From: Halioglobus sp.
GTDB taxonomy: Bacteria > Pseudomonadota > Gammaproteobacteria > Pseudomonadales > Halieaceae
Length of the DNA stretch: 64,000 bases
Reading direction: 5' to 3'
Assembly (NCBI GenBank): GCA_047650635.1
Contig: JBLHNQ010000005.1
Coordinates: 18,942-82,941 of the forward strand
The notes under the pieces were generated by a model. It made no database searches, was not told the DNA's origin, and saw only the letters and a program-made list of their open reading frames with translations. Shown here piece by piece: positions 10,389 to 21,021 of this stretch; the stretch's first letter is position 1; every line of letters starts with the position of its first letter. A program made the position numbers and the translations under genes.

Positions 10389-12515
10389 GTGAATCCAGTA
10401 ACTAAAACATTCCAGTACGGTGGACAAACCGTAACGTTGGAGACCGGACGAATCGCCAGGCAGGCGACCGGTTCGGTTCTTATCACTGTGGAAAATACAT
10501 CGGTACTGTGTACGGTTGTAGCAGAGAAATCGGCGCGTGCGGGCCGTGACTTTTTCCCACTTGCCGTGCACTACATTGAAAAAACCTATTCAGTCGGCAA
10601 GATACCCGGTGGTTTCTTCAAGCGAGAAGCGCGTCCCAGTGAAAAAGAGACACTAACTTCTCGTCTCATCGACCGTCCTATCCGCCCCCTGTTTCCCAAC
10701 GGTTTCATGAATGAAGTACAGGTTATCTGTACCGTTATGTCTGCCGACAAGCATATTGATCCCGATATTATTGCAATGATTGGTACCTCCGCTGCTCTGG
10801 CTATTTCCGGTGCGCCGTTTAATGGTCCTATCGGTGGCGCTCGAGTCGGCTTTAATGAGAAAGACGGTTACATGCTGAACCCTACTTACGCGCAGTTGCA
10901 AGATAGCAAGCTGAACATGGTTGTAGCGGGTACTGAAGCGGCTGTGCTTATGGTTGAGTCTGAAGCTCAGGAGCTGAGCGAAGACCAGATGTTGGGTGCT
11001 GTTTTATTTGCCCATCAGGAAATGCAAGTCGTGATACAGGCAATTAACGAGCTGGTTAAAGAAGCTGGCAAGCCCTCTTGGAATTGGGAAGCTGACGCCG
11101 TTAATGAAGAGTTGGTTGCGGCCGTTGAAGCTCAGGCTAAGGCTGATCTGGGAGAAGCTTACCGTATTACCGAAAAAGCAGATCGCTATGAGCGGGTTGG
11201 CGAAATTCGCAATGCTTGCGTAGAAGCCCTGGCTGTTGAAGGCGGCCCTTCTGCCGACGAAGTGAAAGACGTTTTCAAAAGCGTTGAGAAAAATCTGGTT
11301 CGTAAACGTATTCTTGCGGGCGAGCCTCGCATAGACGGCCGTGATGGTCGGACTGTTCGTGCTGTTGCCTGTGAAGTTGACATTTTGGCCAAAGCTCACG
11401 GTTCCGCCCTGTTTACCCGCGGTGAAACTCAGGCTATCGGTGCCGTAACTCTGGGTTCTTCAAGAGATTCCCAGATTATCGATGCACTGGAAGGCGAGCG
11501 TCGCGATCCCTTTATGCTGCATTACAACTTCCCTCCTTACTCTGTGGGTGAGGCGGGCCGTGTTGGCTTTACCAGCCGTCGCGAAGTTGGTCACGGTCGC
11601 CTGGCCAAACGCGCACTGTTGGCTGTTATGCCTTCCCTGGAAGACTTCCCTTACACAGTGCGTATTGTCTCTGAAATCACAGAATCCAATGGCTCCAGTT
11701 CCATGGCATCGGTTTGCGCCGGCTCTCTGGGCATGATGGCTGCCGGCGTACCTTTGAAGGCTCCTGTTGCCGGTATCGCTATGGGTCTGGTGAAGGACGG
11801 CAACCAGTTTGCCATTCTCACAGATATCCTGGGTGATGAAGATCACCTCGGCGATATGGATTTTAAAGTTGCCGGTACTGCTGAGGGCGTTACTGCTTTG
11901 CAAATGGATATCAAGATTGAAGGTATCAACGAGCAGATTATGGAGACTGCTTTGAGCCAGGCTCTGCAAGCTCGTTTGCACATCCTGGGTCAGATGAATG
12001 AAGTGCTGTCCGAAGGTCGCAAGGTGACTTCAGATAATGCGCCCAGCATGCTTATCCTGAAAGTCGATGCTGACAAGATTCGTGACATCATTGGTAAGGG
12101 CGGTGCAATGATCCGTTCTATTACTGAAGAGTCTGGTGCCACAGTTGACATCGATGACGACGGCACAGTGCGTGTCTTCGGTCAGGACAAGGCATCTCGC
12201 GACGCTGCGGTGAATATGATTGAAACCATTACCGCTGATGCGGAAATTGGCGCGACGTATACCGGTACTGTTGCACGCATCGTAGACTTTGGCGCGTTCA
12301 TCAATATTTTGCCCGGCAAAGATGGTCTGGTTCACATCTCTCAAATCGCCAATGAGCGTGTTGAGAATGTGACTGACTACCTGAGCGAAGGTCAGGAAGT
12401 GCAGGTGAAAGTAATGGACGTCGATCAACGTGGTCGTATCAAGCTCTCTATCAAGGAGTTGCTGGAAGATAAGGCGCCTGCGGAGCAAGCTGCTGAAGAG
12501 TCTACGACTGAATAA
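10389..12515 (+). CDS. pnp: polyribonucleotide nucleotidyltransferase (PNPase)
   Basis: GTG start preceded by GGAG; two RNase PH domains, then KH and S1 domains; 708 aa. Confidence 0.97.
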   Translation: MNPVTKTFQYGGQTVTLETGRIARQATGSVLITVENTSVLCTVVAEKSARAGRDFFPLAVHYIEKTYSVGKIPGGFFKREARPSEKETLTSRLIDRPIRPLFPNGFMNEVQVICTVMSADKHIDPDIIAMIGTSAALAISGAPFNGPIGGARVGFNEKDGYMLNPTYAQLQDSKLNMVVAGTEAAVLMVESEAQELSEDQMLGAVLFAHQEMQVVIQAINELVKEAGKPSWNWEADAVNEELVAAVEAQAKADLGEAYRITEKADRYERVGEIRNACVEALAVEGGPSADEVKDVFKSVEKNLVRKRILAGEPRIDGRDGRTVRAVACEVDILAKAHGSALFTRGETQAIGAVTLGSSRDSQIIDALEGERRDPFMLHYNFPPYSVGEAGRVGFTSRREVGHGRLAKRALLAVMPSLEDFPYTVRIVSEITESNGSSSMASVCAGSLGMMAAGVPLKAPVAGIAMGLVKDGNQFAILTDILGDEDHLGDMDFKVAGTAEGVTALQMDIKIEGINEQIMETALSQALQARLHILGQMNEVLSEGRKVTSDNAPSMLILKVDADKIRDIIGKGGAMIRSITEESGATVDIDDDGTVRVFGQDKASRDAAVNMIETITADAEIGATYTGTVARIVDFGAFINILPGKDGLVHISQIANERVENVTDYLSEGQEVQVKVMDVDQRGRIKLSIKELLEDKAPAEQAAEESTTE

Positions 12516-12553
12516 GCTTTTAGTACCCACGGGTTCTTAGAGCCCGAACAAGA

Positions 12554-12584
12554 GGGATACACCGCAGGGTGTATCCCTTTTTTT
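12554..12584. terminator. intrinsic terminator after pnp (convergent with nagA)
   Basis: gggatacacc-gcag-ggtgtatccc followed by ttttttt. Confidence 0.8.
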
Positions 12585-12645
12585 AGGCCAGAGAACTGTG
12601 AGAATTTAACTCAGACCGCTGTTTAGCAGGCATCGAGTAAAGGCG

Positions 12646-13788
12646 CTAATACGCTTCATGCTGCCCGGCGACCCAGCTGTCCAGCACAGTATAATTGTCA
12701 TCGAAACACACCAGGTCAGCACGAAAGCCTTCTTTGATTCGCCCCAGGTTTGTGCTTTTTTGCAAAAACTCCGCCGGGTAGAGTGAAGCCATACACAAAC
12801 TCTCTTCCAGCGAGATGCCCACTAACTCAGTGCTGATGCGGACTGCGTCTATCATGCCGATAGCGCTACCGGCGAGTACGCCCTTAGAATTAACCAGCCG
12901 GCCCTCTTCTTCTTCAATTTTTTCGCCATAGATTTCAAAAAATGACTCAGACCCACCTACGCTTGCCATAGCGTCGGACACCAGAAGGGTTTTCCCCCGG
13001 GGTTTTGCTTTATGCGCAATACGTATGTTGGCCGGGTGTACATGGTGACCATCGGCGATAATTCCAACCCAGGTGGTGTCACTGTCCAGTGCTGCACCGA
13101 CGACCCCTGGTTCACGTCCGGTCTGGGGTCTCATCGCGTTGTATAAATGGGTAAAACCACGCAGGCCTTCGGCGATGGCGACTGACAGTTCCTTGTAGCG
13201 GGCGTTGGTGTGCCCGGCACAGACGAAAATACCGCAGTCTGTTAGCTGACGAATTTGACCCGCCTGCGTGTGTTCCGGGGCCAGCGTCACAATAATGGCG
13301 GGCATTTGCAGGGAACACAGCCAGTCCATGTCGGTGTCCTGAATTTGGCGAATGGTACCAGCCTTGTGAATGCCACGTTTATCGAGGTCGAGAAAGGGGC
13401 CTTCCAGATGCACGCCTAAAATACTTTGGTTGCCGCCGGAGAGCGCGGCTTGAACAGCCTCAATACAGGCCTTCTGCTTCAGGGCCGTGTCGCTGACGAT
13501 AGTGGGCATCATGGCAGTTGTGCCATAGCGACGATGTGCTGAAACCATAGTGTCGACCGCTGCGCGTTCGGGAGTATTGTTCAGCAGAACACCACCACCA
13601 CCATTAACCTGCAAGTCGATAAAACCAGGGGCGAGTATTCCTCCCTCCCTCTTTATTTGACTGATTCCTGTGGGTAAATTAACAGTCTCGACTACGCCTG
13701 CGATGCGTTCACCTTCCACGATAACGGCATGCTCATGCAGTATTTCCTCACCGTTGAAAATACGTGTTCCGCAGATGGCGTAGTTCAT
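12646..13788 (-). CDS. nagA: N-acetylglucosamine-6-phosphate deacetylase
   Basis: PGFIDLQVNGGGG, HLEGPF, AGHTNA, THLYNAM, GIIADGHHV and LVSDAM align with E. coli NagA. ATG at 13788 is preferred over TTG at 13800. Confidence 0.92.
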   Translation of the reverse strand: MNYAICGTRIFNGEEILHEHAVIVEGERIAGVVETVNLPTGISQIKREGGILAPGFIDLQVNGGGGVLLNNTPERAAVDTMVSAHRRYGTTAMMPTIVSDTALKQKACIEAVQAALSGGNQSILGVHLEGPFLDLDKRGIHKAGTIRQIQDTDMDWLCSLQMPAIIVTLAPEHTQAGQIRQLTDCGIFVCAGHTNARYKELSVAIAEGLRGFTHLYNAMRPQTGREPGVVGAALDSDTTWVGIIADGHHVHPANIRIAHKAKPRGKTLLVSDAMASVGGSESFFEIYGEKIEEEEGRLVNSKGVLAGSAIGMIDAVRISTELVGISLEESLCMASLYPAEFLQKSTNLGRIKEGFRADLVCFDDNYTVLDSWVAGQHEAY

Positions 13789-13803
13789 AGGGTTTTCCAA
13801 GCG

Positions 13804-15735
13804 CTAGCCCTGACGATTCGCAATCAAGTGCTCTACCACAGAGGGGTCTGCCAGAGTGCTCAAGTCACCGAGGTTATCCAGTTCATTCTCTGCAATCTTG
13901 CGCAGAATACGTCGCATTATTTTTCCTGAGCGTGTCTTGGGTAGGCCCGGGGCCCACTGAATAACATCGGGCTTGGCGATTGCGCCGATTTCCACGGTGC
14001 ACAGTGCAAGTAATTCGGCACGCAGTTCGTCGCTGGGTTCCACGCCATTCATGAGGGTCACATAGGCATAAATACCCTGACCCTTGATATCGTGCGGGAA
14101 GCCAACTACCGCAGCTTCAGCAATGTGCTCGTGCAGGTCCAGCGCATTTTCGACTTCGGCTGTGCCCATGCGATGGCCGGAGACATTCAGTACATCATCG
14201 ACACGGCCTGTAATCCAGTAATAGCCATCGGCGTCTCGTTTTGCGCCGTCACCGGTGAAGTAGTATCCGGGGTATTGACTGAAGTAAGTCTCTATCATGC
14301 GCTGGTGGTCGCCGTAGATCGTGCGTATCTGGCTGGGCCAGGAAGATTTAATAGCCAGGTAACCAGAACCCTCTCCCTCGACTTCAGTGCCATCTTCGTT
14401 GAGCAGTGCGAGGTTTACACCGAATAAAGGGAAGGAGGCGGAGCCCGGCTTCATGGCGTGTGCACCGGGGAGAGGGGTAATCATCTGGCTACCGGTCTCG
14501 GTTTGCCACCAGGTGTCGACGATAGGGCAACGCGAATCCCCCACTGTTTTGTAATACCATTCCCAGGCTTCGGAGTTAATGGGCTCGCCCACGCTACCCA
14601 GCAGTCTCAGGCTTGCTCTTGAGCTACGTGTTACCGGTTCGTCTCCCACAGCGTGTAGCGCCCGGATGGCTGTTGGCGCAGTATAGAAAATATTCACCTG
14701 GTGTTTGTCGACCACTTCCCAGCAGCGCCCTGCATCGGGATAGGTTGGCACGCCTTCAAACATAAGTGAGGTTGCACCATTAGCCAGAGGGCCGTAGACA
14801 ATATAGCTGTGCCCGGTCACCCAGCCCACATCGGCCGTACACCAAAACACTTCCCCGTCGCGGTAATCGAAGGTGTATTTGAAGGTGCTGGCTGCCTGTA
14901 ACAGATAGCCACCAGTGCTGTGTACTACGCCTTTTGGTTTGCCGGTGGAGCCTGAGGTGTAAAGGATGAAAAGTGGGTCTTCGGCGTCCATAGATTCTGG
15001 CACACATTCGCTGTCGGCTTGGTCCGTCGCTACGTGGTACCACAGGTCTCGCTCTTCAACCCAGGAAATATCTCCGGCGGTGCGTTTTACCACCAAACAA
15101 GTGTGCACATTGGGACAGAAGGCTAGGGCCTTGTCGGCATTGCTTTTTAGCGGAACGAATTTTCCACTGCGTACGCCTTCATCAGCGGTAATGAGAGTTT
15201 GGCAGTCAGAGTCCAGAATGCGGTCTTTCAATGCCTCGGGAGAGAATCCACCAAATACCACTGAGTGCACGGCACCAATGCGCGTACAGGCGAGCATTGC
15301 GAACACTGCTTCGGGAATCATAGGCATATAAATACAGACGCGATCGCCTTTTTTGACGCCTCTCGCCTTGAGAGCATTGGCAAGCTTACACACCTGCAAC
15401 TTTAACTCAGCGTAAGTAATTTTTTTGCTCTCGCTGGGACTGTCGCCCTCCCAGATTAATGCGCTCTGCTCGGCTTTTTCGGGTAGGTGGCGGTCGATAC
15501 AGTTATAGCTGACATTGAGCTTTCCGCCGGCAAACCATTCGGCTTTACCCGTTTTCAGGTCGCAGTTGCTAACCGTATGCCAGGGCTCGTCCCAGGACAA
15601 AAATTTTGTTGCCTGTTCACTCCAGTAGCCGTCTGGATCTTCGATAGAGCGTTGGTACATGGCCTTGTATTGCTCGGCGTTAATGATGGCGTCTTTAAAG
15701 CTGGGGGGCACGGGGTGCGCTGGAAAATCTGACAT
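13804..15735 (-). CDS. acs: acetyl-CoA synthetase (AMP-forming)
   Basis: [15 protein letters not shown]-binding motif, C-terminal [11 protein letters not shown], 643 aa. Confidence 0.97.
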   Translation of the reverse strand: MSDFPAHPVPPSFKDAIINAEQYKAMYQRSIEDPDGYWSEQATKFLSWDEPWHTVSNCDLKTGKAEWFAGGKLNVSYNCIDRHLPEKAEQSALIWEGDSPSESKKITYAELKLQVCKLANALKARGVKKGDRVCIYMPMIPEAVFAMLACTRIGAVHSVVFGGFSPEALKDRILDSDCQTLITADEGVRSGKFVPLKSNADKALAFCPNVHTCLVVKRTAGDISWVEERDLWYHVATDQADSECVPESMDAEDPLFILYTSGSTGKPKGVVHSTGGYLLQAASTFKYTFDYRDGEVFWCTADVGWVTGHSYIVYGPLANGATSLMFEGVPTYPDAGRCWEVVDKHQVNIFYTAPTAIRALHAVGDEPVTRSSRASLRLLGSVGEPINSEAWEWYYKTVGDSRCPIVDTWWQTETGSQMITPLPGAHAMKPGSASFPLFGVNLALLNEDGTEVEGEGSGYLAIKSSWPSQIRTIYGDHQRMIETYFSQYPGYYFTGDGAKRDADGYYWITGRVDDVLNVSGHRMGTAEVENALDLHEHIAEAAVVGFPHDIKGQGIYAYVTLMNGVEPSDELRAELLALCTVEIGAIAKPDVIQWAPGLPKTRSGKIMRRILRKIAENELDNLGDLSTLADPSVVEHLIANRQG

Positions 15736-15803
15736 GGGGTTACTCGCTTTTATTTTAATGAAGTGAAGATAATACGCAGGCTGTAACAGTTCGCAAGTGG
15801 ACT

Positions 15804-15853
15804 AAGGTCTAATGATCATAATATGCATTATGACCTTTCTAGACCATGGTCTA
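15804..15853. promoter_or_regulatory. nested palindromes in the divergent acs / symporter promoter region (candidate operator)
   Basis: AAGGTC-N22-GACCTT (15804..15837) and the perfect 14-bp palindrome TAGACCATGGTCTA (15840..15853). The GGTCTA hexamer occurs three times. Confidence 0.4.
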
Positions 15854-15925
15854 AGAGATCGTTACAAGCGACAGGTGATATAGTCTGACGCAATTAAACA
15901 ATAACAACACCCATGGAGGTGTGAA

Positions 15926-16192
15926 ATGTCTAAAATGACGGAACAACAAGCAAAAGAGTATTGGCGGCGCAACCTCTCGTTGATGTTCAAGTTACTGGTG
16001 ATTTGGTTTGTGGTCAGTTTTGGCGCCGGCATCATATTTGTAGATACTCTTAACCAAATTCAAATAGGCGGTTACAAACTAGGCTTTTGGTTTGCCCAAC
16101 AGGGGGCGATTTATTGTTTCGTTGCCCTTACTTTCTACTACGCCAGAAAGATGGCTCAGTTGGACCGCGAGTTCAACGTAGACGAGGATTAG
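15926..16192 (+). CDS. small subunit of solute:sodium symporter (DUF4212 family)
   Basis: 88 aa with two TM helices, directly upstream of an SSS permease. Architecture matches the DUF4212 / VC_2705-type two-component symporters. Confidence 0.8.
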   Translation: MSKMTEQQAKEYWRRNLSLMFKLLVIWFVVSFGAGIIFVDTLNQIQIGGYKLGFWFAQQGAIYCFVALTFYYARKMAQLDREFNVDED

Positions 16193-16201
16193 GGGCATAT
16201 C

Positions 16202-17932
16202 ATGGAATTACAAACACTGACCTATTTATTTGTTGGCGCGACCTTCGCGGTCTATATAGGTATCGCGATATGGGCTAGGGCAGGCTCCACCAAAGACTTT
16301 TATGTTGCCGGCGGCGGGGTGCACCCCATTGCCAACGGTATGGCCACAGCGGCTGACTGGATGTCAGCAGCCTCTTTTATATCCATGGCGGGGCTCATTG
16401 CCTTTATGGGATATGGCGGCTCGGTATTCTTGATGGGTTGGACTGGTGGCTTTGTGCTGTTGGCAATGTTGCTAGCTCCCTACCTGAGAAAGTACGGAAA
16501 ATTCACCGTGCCGGAGTTTATTGGTGATCGCTACTACTCCAAGACCGCGCGTACAGTCGCGGTCGTGTGCCTTATTATCTGTTCGGTGACCTATGTTATC
16601 GGCCAGATGAAGGGCATTGGTGTGGCATTCTCCCGCTTCCTGGAAGTAGATTACGACACAGGTCTGTTGATAGGCATGTGCATCGTGTTCTTTTACTCGG
16701 TGCTCGGTGGAATGAAGGGTATTACCTACACTCAGATCGCACAGTTTGTTGTACTCATTCTTGCCTATACCATTCCCGCTATTTTTATTAGTCTGCAATT
16801 GACCGGCAATCCACTCCCTCAGCTGGGCTTGGGTAGTACGATGACCGGCAGCGAAACCTATCTTCTGGACAGGCTGGACCAGGTGGTTACCGAACTTGGC
16901 TTTGACCAGTACAGTACCAGTGTGCGTCTTAGTGGACTGAATATGTTCGCCTATACCATGTCATTGATGATTGGTACGGCGGGCCTGCCTCATGTGATTA
17001 TCCGCTTCTTCACGGTACCCACAGTGCGCGATGCGCGGCGGTCGGCAGGCTGGGCTCTTATCTTTATTTCTATTTTGTATACAACAGCCCCTGCTGTTGC
17101 CGCCATGGCCAGGCTAAATCTCATCACTACTATTGAACCGGTAGCGGGTGAAAATCTGGTCTACGAAGAGCGCCCCCAGTGGTTCAAAAACTGGGAGGCT
17201 ACCGGCCTGCTGAAGTTTGAAGACAAAAATGGTGATGGTCGTATTCAGTACACCGCGGACAAATCAGTCAACGAAATGGTGAAAATTGATAATGACATTA
17301 TGGTGCTGGCTAACCCGGAGATAGCCAAGTTACCGAACTGGGTTATCGCTCTGGTAGCAGCCGGTGGTCTCGCCGCGGCGCTGTCAACGGCGGCCGGTTT
17401 GTTGTTGGCTATTGCCTCGGCAATCTCACACGACTTGATCAAGGGAATGATTAAGCCGGATATCAGCGAAAAGCAGGAACTGCGTGCTAGCCGTATAGCG
17501 ATGGCTGCAGCGATTGCAGGGGCTGGATATCTGGGCTTTAACCCGCCAGACTTCGCGGCGGGAACGGTGGCACTGGCCTTTGGTCTTGCGGCTTCCTCCA
17601 TTTTTCCGGCACTGATGATGGGTATCTTCTCCAAGCGGGTGAACCGTGAAGGTGCAATCGCTGGAATGATCGCGGGTATCGGCATCACCCTGTTCTATGT
17701 GTTCCAGCACAAGGGTATTATGTTTATTGCCTCTACCGCCTTCCTGGGTGATATGTCGCCCAACTGGTTCTTGGGCATTGAACCCAATGCCTTTGGTGTA
17801 GTGGGTGCGATTGTGAACTTTGCTGTGGCCATGGCGGTATCGCGTGTCACCGCAGCGCCACCAGTGCACGTGCAGGAATTGGTCGAGTACATCCGGATTC
17901 CGGCCGGGGTTGCTGCGGCTCACGATCACTAG
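16202..17932 (+). CDS. sodium:solute symporter, large subunit (SSF, VC_2705-type; probable acetate/monocarboxylate permease)
   Basis: 576 aa, polytopic, SSF-like sequence; paired with DUF4212 and divergent from acs. Confidence 0.85.
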   Translation: MELQTLTYLFVGATFAVYIGIAIWARAGSTKDFYVAGGGVHPIANGMATAADWMSAASFISMAGLIAFMGYGGSVFLMGWTGGFVLLAMLLAPYLRKYGKFTVPEFIGDRYYSKTARTVAVVCLIICSVTYVIGQMKGIGVAFSRFLEVDYDTGLLIGMCIVFFYSVLGGMKGITYTQIAQFVVLILAYTIPAIFISLQLTGNPLPQLGLGSTMTGSETYLLDRLDQVVTELGFDQYSTSVRLSGLNMFAYTMSLMIGTAGLPHVIIRFFTVPTVRDARRSAGWALIFISILYTTAPAVAAMARLNLITTIEPVAGENLVYEERPQWFKNWEATGLLKFEDKNGDGRIQYTADKSVNEMVKIDNDIMVLANPEIAKLPNWVIALVAAGGLAAALSTAAGLLLAIASAISHDLIKGMIKPDISEKQELRASRIAMAAAIAGAGYLGFNPPDFAAGTVALAFGLAASSIFPALMMGIFSKRVNREGAIAGMIAGIGITLFYVFQHKGIMFIASTAFLGDMSPNWFLGIEPNAFGVVGAIVNFAVAMAVSRVTAAPPVHVQELVEYIRIPAGVAAAHDH

Positions 17933-17977
17933 AAACAAGGGTCCCACCGCAGGAGCGGCGCCTAAGAGGTACAGAAA

Positions 17978-18442
17978 GTGTTCACAAATAAACATGTTGT
18001 CATCGCGCTTATAGTCGGCCCAATTCTTGCGATTCTGGCGTGGATTGGCGTTGGCCAAATAGCCGGAGAAGAGGCTGCGGCCGCAGTTTCCGGTAAATCG
18101 TATCCACTGGTGGAGAAAAGCGACTGTCGCTATGAGAGCGGCCATTGCAAGCTGGAAAACGAAGATTTCAAGCTGATTTTACGCTTGGAACAGCGGGATA
18201 TAGGTGCGGTATTGGTGTTGAAGTCTGTGCATCCTCTGGAAGGTGTAATGATGTCTGTGGCCGAGTCGGGCGGTGAAACAAGTCCCTCCGCCATGCGTGC
18301 CAGGGATGCACAGAATATGGAATGGGTTATTCCGATAAAAGAGCTGCCGACGCCGGCGCAACGACTTTATCTGGTTGCCAGCAGCAGGGGTGTGCAGTAT
18401 TTTGGAGACGTGGCAACACTGTTCATCAAGCGACAAAAGTAG
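17978..18442 (+). CDS. hypothetical membrane-anchored protein
   Basis: GTG start; one N-terminal TM (VVIALIVGPILAILAWIGVG) plus a soluble domain of about 120 aa with a CRYESGHC pair. No family recognised. Confidence 0.5.
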   Translation: MFTNKHVVIALIVGPILAILAWIGVGQIAGEEAAAAVSGKSYPLVEKSDCRYESGHCKLENEDFKLILRLEQRDIGAVLVLKSVHPLEGVMMSVAESGGETSPSAMRARDAQNMEWVIPIKELPTPAQRLYLVASSRGVQYFGDVATLFIKRQK

Positions 18443-18453
18443 GTAGTACTTAT

Positions 18454-20325
18454 ATGGAAATGGAATCTTCCGACCTGCAATCCGCTTCGCCGGAGCTGCT
18501 GATGATCGCAGAATTCATGCAACAATCACTACCGTTCAACGAACTGTCGAATCATTCTTTGCAGTGGGCCGTGGGAAAAACCCTTATACACTATCATTGT
18601 CGCGGAGACCGCTTCAGTAAAGACACGATTGATATGGGCCTGCGTATCGTGCGCAGCGGGGCGGTGGAGATTCGCGACGACAACAACAAGCTGCTTGATA
18701 GACTGGGCGAGGGGGAGAGTTTTCATATTGGCGGCCTCAGCGCCGAGAATGGAAATGTACAGGCTCTCGTCATTGAAGATGCCCTGCTGTACCTTCTGCC
18801 CGATGAGCATTACCGCAGATTGCGTCAGGAAAATCGCAACTTTGACCGCTACTTCAGCGGTCAGCGCAGTCGAAGGTTACGCCGCGCTGCACGTTATGAA
18901 CCCGTGCCAAATTCCATGATGCGGAAAGTCAGTTCCCTTATGAGCACAGATCTGCTCACCGTCGATCCTGCCCTGGAGGTGAAGGCAGTCGCCGGCGCCA
19001 TGGCCCGGCGGCGAGTGTCGTCCGCTTTTGTAGTAGAGGACGAGGAACTGGTGGGCATTGTTACCGATCGGGACTTACGGGTAAGGTTTGCCGCCGAGGG
19101 CCTGCCGCCCGATACGGCGGTACGAGACATTATGACTAAAAACCCCGAGTCTATCGAAGGCTTCCATACCGTGTTTGCCACGACCTTGTTAATGACCCAG
19201 CGTGGTTACCACCATATCCCGGTTATGTGTGAGGGTGAATTGCGCGGCGTTGTCACCACTTCAGATTTGATCTTGGCAAAACAGGACGATCCGGTTTACC
19301 TGGTTCAGCACATCTCCAGGGCGACCGATGTGCAGGGGCTGGTTGATGTCATTTCCGGGGTGCCCAGTCTACTGGTACAGTGGGTGTCATCCGACATACG
19401 GGCTCAACAGATAAGCCAGATACTCACCGCTATCAGTGACGCCATTACCATCCGCCTTATCCAATTGGCCGAGCAACAATTAGGACCCGCGCCGGTGGCT
19501 TATTGTTGGACAGGATTTGGTTCACAGGCCAGAGCGGAGCAGTTGTTAGGAGCAGACCAGGACAACGGTCTGATAATTTCTGACGACATGAAGAGCGAGC
19601 ACCGACCCTGGTTTTCAGCGATGGCGAATTTTGTCTGTGATGGCCTCAATGCCTGTGGCTATGTCTACTGTCCCGGGGGCATCATGGCTACGACACGGCA
19701 GTGGTGTCAGCCATTGGCGCAATGGCAGACCACCGTGCGCCGCTGGACCCAGAGTCCTACTCCGGACGCGGTTATGCGGGTGAGTATATTTTTTGATCTC
19801 CGTGCCATACACGGCGATGCCAATTTGGCAAAGCAATTGCAGTATGAGATGCTGGAACAGGCGTCTGCCAACACGATTTTTCTTGCAGCTCTCGCTGCTA
19901 ACGCTTTGGACTCGAAGCCTCCCCTGGGTATTTTTAGGCGTTTCGTTGTCGATCGCGATGGCGAGCATCGCGACAGTGTGGACTTGAAAAAACGCGGGGT
20001 ATTGCCGATCACTGAGATAGTCCGCCTGCGCGCCGTGACGAATAAGATCGAAGCTGTTAACACCGATGAGCGCCTGCGTGCCCTGGCCACAGAGGGGTAC
20101 ATGACCATCACCGACAGCCGCAACCTTGCGGATGCCCTGCACTTTATTCAGCGCCAACGCATTGGACATCAGGCGGAGCAAATTTCCAGAGATGAAGCCG
20201 TTAGTAATTTCCTCAATCCCAAAAGTCTTTCGAAGATGGCAAAAGAGCAATTGCGCGACGCGTTCACCATCATCGACGAATCGCAGTCTTCTGTTAAGGC
20301 AACGTTTCGAGGGGGCATGGGTTAG
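18454..20325 (+). CDS. cyclic-nucleotide-binding / tandem CBS / DUF294 nucleotidyltransferase domain protein
   Basis: cNMP-like segment (LRIVRSGAVEIRD..LGEGESF), two CBS motifs (..VGIVTDRDL.., ..RGVVTTSDL..) and NTase motif GFGSQARAEQLLGADQDNG. Start set at the ATG at 18454, after the stop of the preceding gene. Confidence 0.85.
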   Translation: MEMESSDLQSASPELLMIAEFMQQSLPFNELSNHSLQWAVGKTLIHYHCRGDRFSKDTIDMGLRIVRSGAVEIRDDNNKLLDRLGEGESFHIGGLSAENGNVQALVIEDALLYLLPDEHYRRLRQENRNFDRYFSGQRSRRLRRAARYEPVPNSMMRKVSSLMSTDLLTVDPALEVKAVAGAMARRRVSSAFVVEDEELVGIVTDRDLRVRFAAEGLPPDTAVRDIMTKNPESIEGFHTVFATTLLMTQRGYHHIPVMCEGELRGVVTTSDLILAKQDDPVYLVQHISRATDVQGLVDVISGVPSLLVQWVSSDIRAQQISQILTAISDAITIRLIQLAEQQLGPAPVAYCWTGFGSQARAEQLLGADQDNGLIISDDMKSEHRPWFSAMANFVCDGLNACGYVYCPGGIMATTRQWCQPLAQWQTTVRRWTQSPTPDAVMRVSIFFDLRAIHGDANLAKQLQYEMLEQASANTIFLAALAANALDSKPPLGIFRRFVVDRDGEHRDSVDLKKRGVLPITEIVRLRAVTNKIEAVNTDERLRALATEGYMTITDSRNLADALHFIQRQRIGHQAEQISRDEAVSNFLNPKSLSKMAKEQLRDAFTIIDESQSSVKATFRGGMG

Positions 20326-20993
20326 TGTTGGGGCAACGGCTGCGGCGAATGTGGTATGCCAAAAAGGTTGCTGGAACGACTCTGCACAATACCTGGCGTT
20401 GCCACACCCCTGGGTTGGGTGACGATTGGCGGGACGTTTCCTTCCTGGTGTGTGACGGGGAGATGTCATCCCTGGACGCGAATCAAGGTGAGTTGCTTAG
20501 TTTGGGTTGGGTTGTTATCGAGCGAGGCGCGATAGTGCTTGAGTCGGCCAGGCACTATCTGGTGAAGGCCAAGCAGAGCGTGGGTCAAAGTGCGGCTATC
20601 CATCAACTGCGCGATTGTGAGCTGGAGGAGGGTAGGCCGGCAGCACAATTGCTGGAATTATTCTTAGCTGCTGCTGCTGGCCGAGTCCTGGTGTTTCACA
20701 ATGCTACATTGGATACCGCATTTCTTGATCGCCTGACCTGTCGGGAGTATGGCGCACCACTGTTAATGCCCACCGTCGATACAATGCTGATGGAAGAGGT
20801 CGTTCTTCGACGCAGCGACAGGGTTATTAAAACGGGTGATTTACGCTTGCACGCGTGTAGGCAGCGTTACAATTTACCAAGATACTCGAGTCATAATGCC
20901 TTGGTTGATGCTCTGGCGACTGCTGAATTACTGCTTGCCCAGACGCAACGCTGCGGTGGTAGCAACAACGTTCCTCTTCGGTATTTCCTATAG
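20325..20993 (+). CDS. DEDDh 3'-5' exonuclease (DnaQ/PolIII-epsilon-like)
   Basis: ExoI CDGEMSSLD, ExoII HNATLDTAFL, ExoIII HNALVDALATAEL. The GTG start overlaps the upstream TAG by 1 nt (TAGTG). Confidence 0.8.
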   Translation: MLGQRLRRMWYAKKVAGTTLHNTWRCHTPGLGDDWRDVSFLVCDGEMSSLDANQGELLSLGWVVIERGAIVLESARHYLVKAKQSVGQSAAIHQLRDCELEEGRPAAQLLELFLAAAAGRVLVFHNATLDTAFLDRLTCREYGAPLLMPTVDTMLMEEVVLRRSDRVIKTGDLRLHACRQRYNLPRYSSHNALVDALATAELLLAQTQRCGGSNNVPLRYFL

Positions 20994-21021
20994 GCTTTCG
21001 GGCAGTTTTGTTGGTGCAGAT

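Noticed and set aside
17426-18145. 239-aa minus-strand ORF over the end of the symporter gene
   Set aside because: A shadow ORF antisense to a well-supported SSS permease, with no motifs.
18322-18453. N-terminal 44-codon extension of the DUF294 ORF
   Set aside because: It overlaps the preceding gene in another frame. The cNMP domain begins after the ATG at 18454, which follows that gene's stop.
19615-20469. 284-aa minus-strand ORF
   Set aside because: Antisense to the DUF294 and exonuclease genes, Arg/Pro-rich shadow composition.
18454-20993. Reading the nucleotidyltransferase + exonuclease pair as a CBASS-like or other anti-phage defence module
   Set aside because: The NTase is a GlnD/DUF294 type with cNMP and CBS sensor domains, not a CD-NTase. 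The pair is embedded in a housekeeping acetate operon with no effector, mobile-element or island context.
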